Assembly (NCBI GenBank): GCA_002633005.1
Contig: NMRA01000184.1
Span: 691,407-755,406, forward strand
Length of the DNA stretch: 64,000 nucleotides
Direction of reading: 5' to 3'
Source of the DNA: Phoronis australis
Lineage: Eukaryota; Animalia; Phoronida
Made by a program: the position numbers and the translations under genes
Part shown: piece by piece, positions 62,120-64,000 of the stretch
How the letters are laid out: every line of letters begins with the position of its first letter
Position numbering within the stretch: the stretch's first letter is position 1
The notes under the pieces: generated by a model
Database searches by the model: none
What the model was told of the DNA's origin: nothing
Seen by the model: the letters and a program-made list of their open reading frames with translations, nothing else

Positions 62120-64000
62120 AAGGAGACATGGAACGCGAAACCTCGTAAAAAATTCTTTTAAATAGTTCCTGGCAAAAGTACCATCTCGTAACACAGTAGT
62201 ACAGTGTAATTCACTTTCCCCGAGAGGAAATATCCAAAAAAATCACTCATTTCGCGATTTTTGAAATAGGCGTGAAAGAAAAATTCTGAGGTTAACACAG
62301 AATTTCTAATCTGCCTCCCACTTACGACAAAAGAGCGCATGCGCACAGTCAGTTGCTTGAAGTCTCTTGAGGTCTAAGGTCACAATTTCCATAAAAGGTT
62401 AATGTGCTACGTCTACGTCTCGTGCCATACCAACTGAGGTGACATGCTTTGCCTTGTGGAAGAAAATCGACGAAGTGGCGAGCAGTTAACAGATCGTCTT
62501 TTTTTGAAACTGAAAGAAAATGCTTTGGTATCAGCAGATTGAATTTTATTACGAGCAAACCCTAAAAATACTTGGTGAGCAGGTTGAATTCTGTTTCAGC
62601 GACAGAGAACCTCTTTCAGTATTGAAATTTAGTCTGTCTATCGCGTTCTAGGCCTCTTTAAATATAATAATCACATGGAATCATGTGTCTGTTCAGATCT
62701 TGTTTTCAGACAGACCAATTTCAAGGTCCAAGTAGATAACGCCTAAAGATTTGTTAAAGACAATGTACCTCGAGGTGTGTTCTGGGCCCATTGTTATTCC
62801 TATTATTCACCGACATGCCTAGCACATTTCTTTGCGACTGCTTACATTTGTATATGCAGATGATGTCTGTACCATTCATAAAACCTCAGGAATATGTACG
62901 TCTCCAAATTGACTCCAATAAACATTTCATATTTTGTTGGTGCACTTTAGCATATATGTTCCGAGATAATTAAAAATTCATTTAAAAGACTCAAATATTT
63001 TCTTCTTTACAAATATGATAAATTGCCATTCATTTTTACTTTTCGCTTTCAATCTACTCAACTTAGATCGAAATATTTTTTCTAAGTGATATTGTGTCCA
63101 CCTTCATTTACAGTCATCTTTATACATCGCAGCCGTTTTGTGTTTTTGCTCAAGTGCATTATATTGTAATTAAAAATTTCCGGGTCTCATTGCTACTCTA
63201 AAATATAATGAACCACTTTGGTAATTGTATTTGTATCATATTATTGTATACAAAATATAACATAGACTGTTTGCAGAGTCCCGAATCGATAACGTGAAAC
63301 CTAATCTGAAAGGCACTTTCGTAACGATGTGATCAAGTAAACCAATGTACTTAAATAAGTTTTTACTTCATGTCTCCTCCTTTTCATAGCATGCTATATT
63401 ATCATTAAACTGTATGACTATTTTGTATCTTGTTGCTGTGAAATAAACGTATTGACCTTGACCTTGAATATGGGCGACTCCCGTGACGAGACGATGAAGA
63501 CATCTTCTCATATTCTGGTATTTAAAGTCAAGATGTTGAACACCCTGCTGTTTTTCCCCGGCGTTGTACTCAAGTCTGAGTACATCTTTGGGACATCACA
63601 CAGTATACACACTTCAGCCACAACGAGAGTTCAAATTCAGCTGCGGTAGATCAGGCTCTGTGCCCTGGCCTGCGGTGAGGACTGCACCTTGCTATGGAAG
63701 AGGGCGACTGACCAATCACGTGCTGTGTACGGTAAAGTCGCGTGATTTTCGGACACTGAAAATTAATTCCAATAGAAAAAATTCATTCTTGGACGAATCT
63801 CGCGAAACACCATTTCTGTGGTGTCCGAATTTGGCGGACCTCCAAATTTGGGTTTCCGCTAGTGTCCGAATTTCGTGAGAGTACATTATTTCGATGACCG
63901 GTCGTAGTATCAACATTGCTGGCTCGGACTTCCGGTAAAATGGCGCCAGCACAAAACGTGCGTTTTGCTAGTCTGTAAATTTTCAAAGTTATCTTCACCT

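Noticed and set aside
63700-64000. Gene start/promoter at window end (CCAAT, E-box, ETS ACTTCCGG, YY1 AAAATGGCG)
   Set aside because: Plausible, but the ATG frame closes after 12 codons and the context is cut off; could be a transposon end.

Overview
This is AT-rich, repeat-laden animal genomic DNA, most likely a marine invertebrate (spliceosomal introns, L1/Tx1- and CR1/L2-type LINE relics, Kolobok transposons, MITEs). Most ORF-track entries are spurious. Supported genes, all on +: (1) a 3-coding-exon, 127-aa secreted peptide with a 10-Cys prokineticin/astakine/colipase-type pattern, a GC-AG intron and Arg/Gly-rich segments, missed by the ORF track (10104-12480); (2) an intronless DUF885 metallopeptidase-like gene with signal peptide and GPI-like tail (22996-24894); (3) a tandem array of three single-coding-exon paralogs, plus a 3' fragment of a fourth, encoding TTC22/IFIT-like TPR solenoid + TIR domain + C-terminal membrane anchor (35561-37420, 45043-46944, 58480-60402, 61111-61503). 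IRF/ISRE-like motifs lie upstream of all three and NF-kB-like motifs upstream of paralogs 2 and 3. This array is the best candidate for an undescribed innate-immune sensor/adaptor system. Single-N joins occur at 20166, 51828 and 61968; the latter two appear to join insertion-filled and empty haplotypes. All family assignments are by-eye motif recognition; no database search was run.
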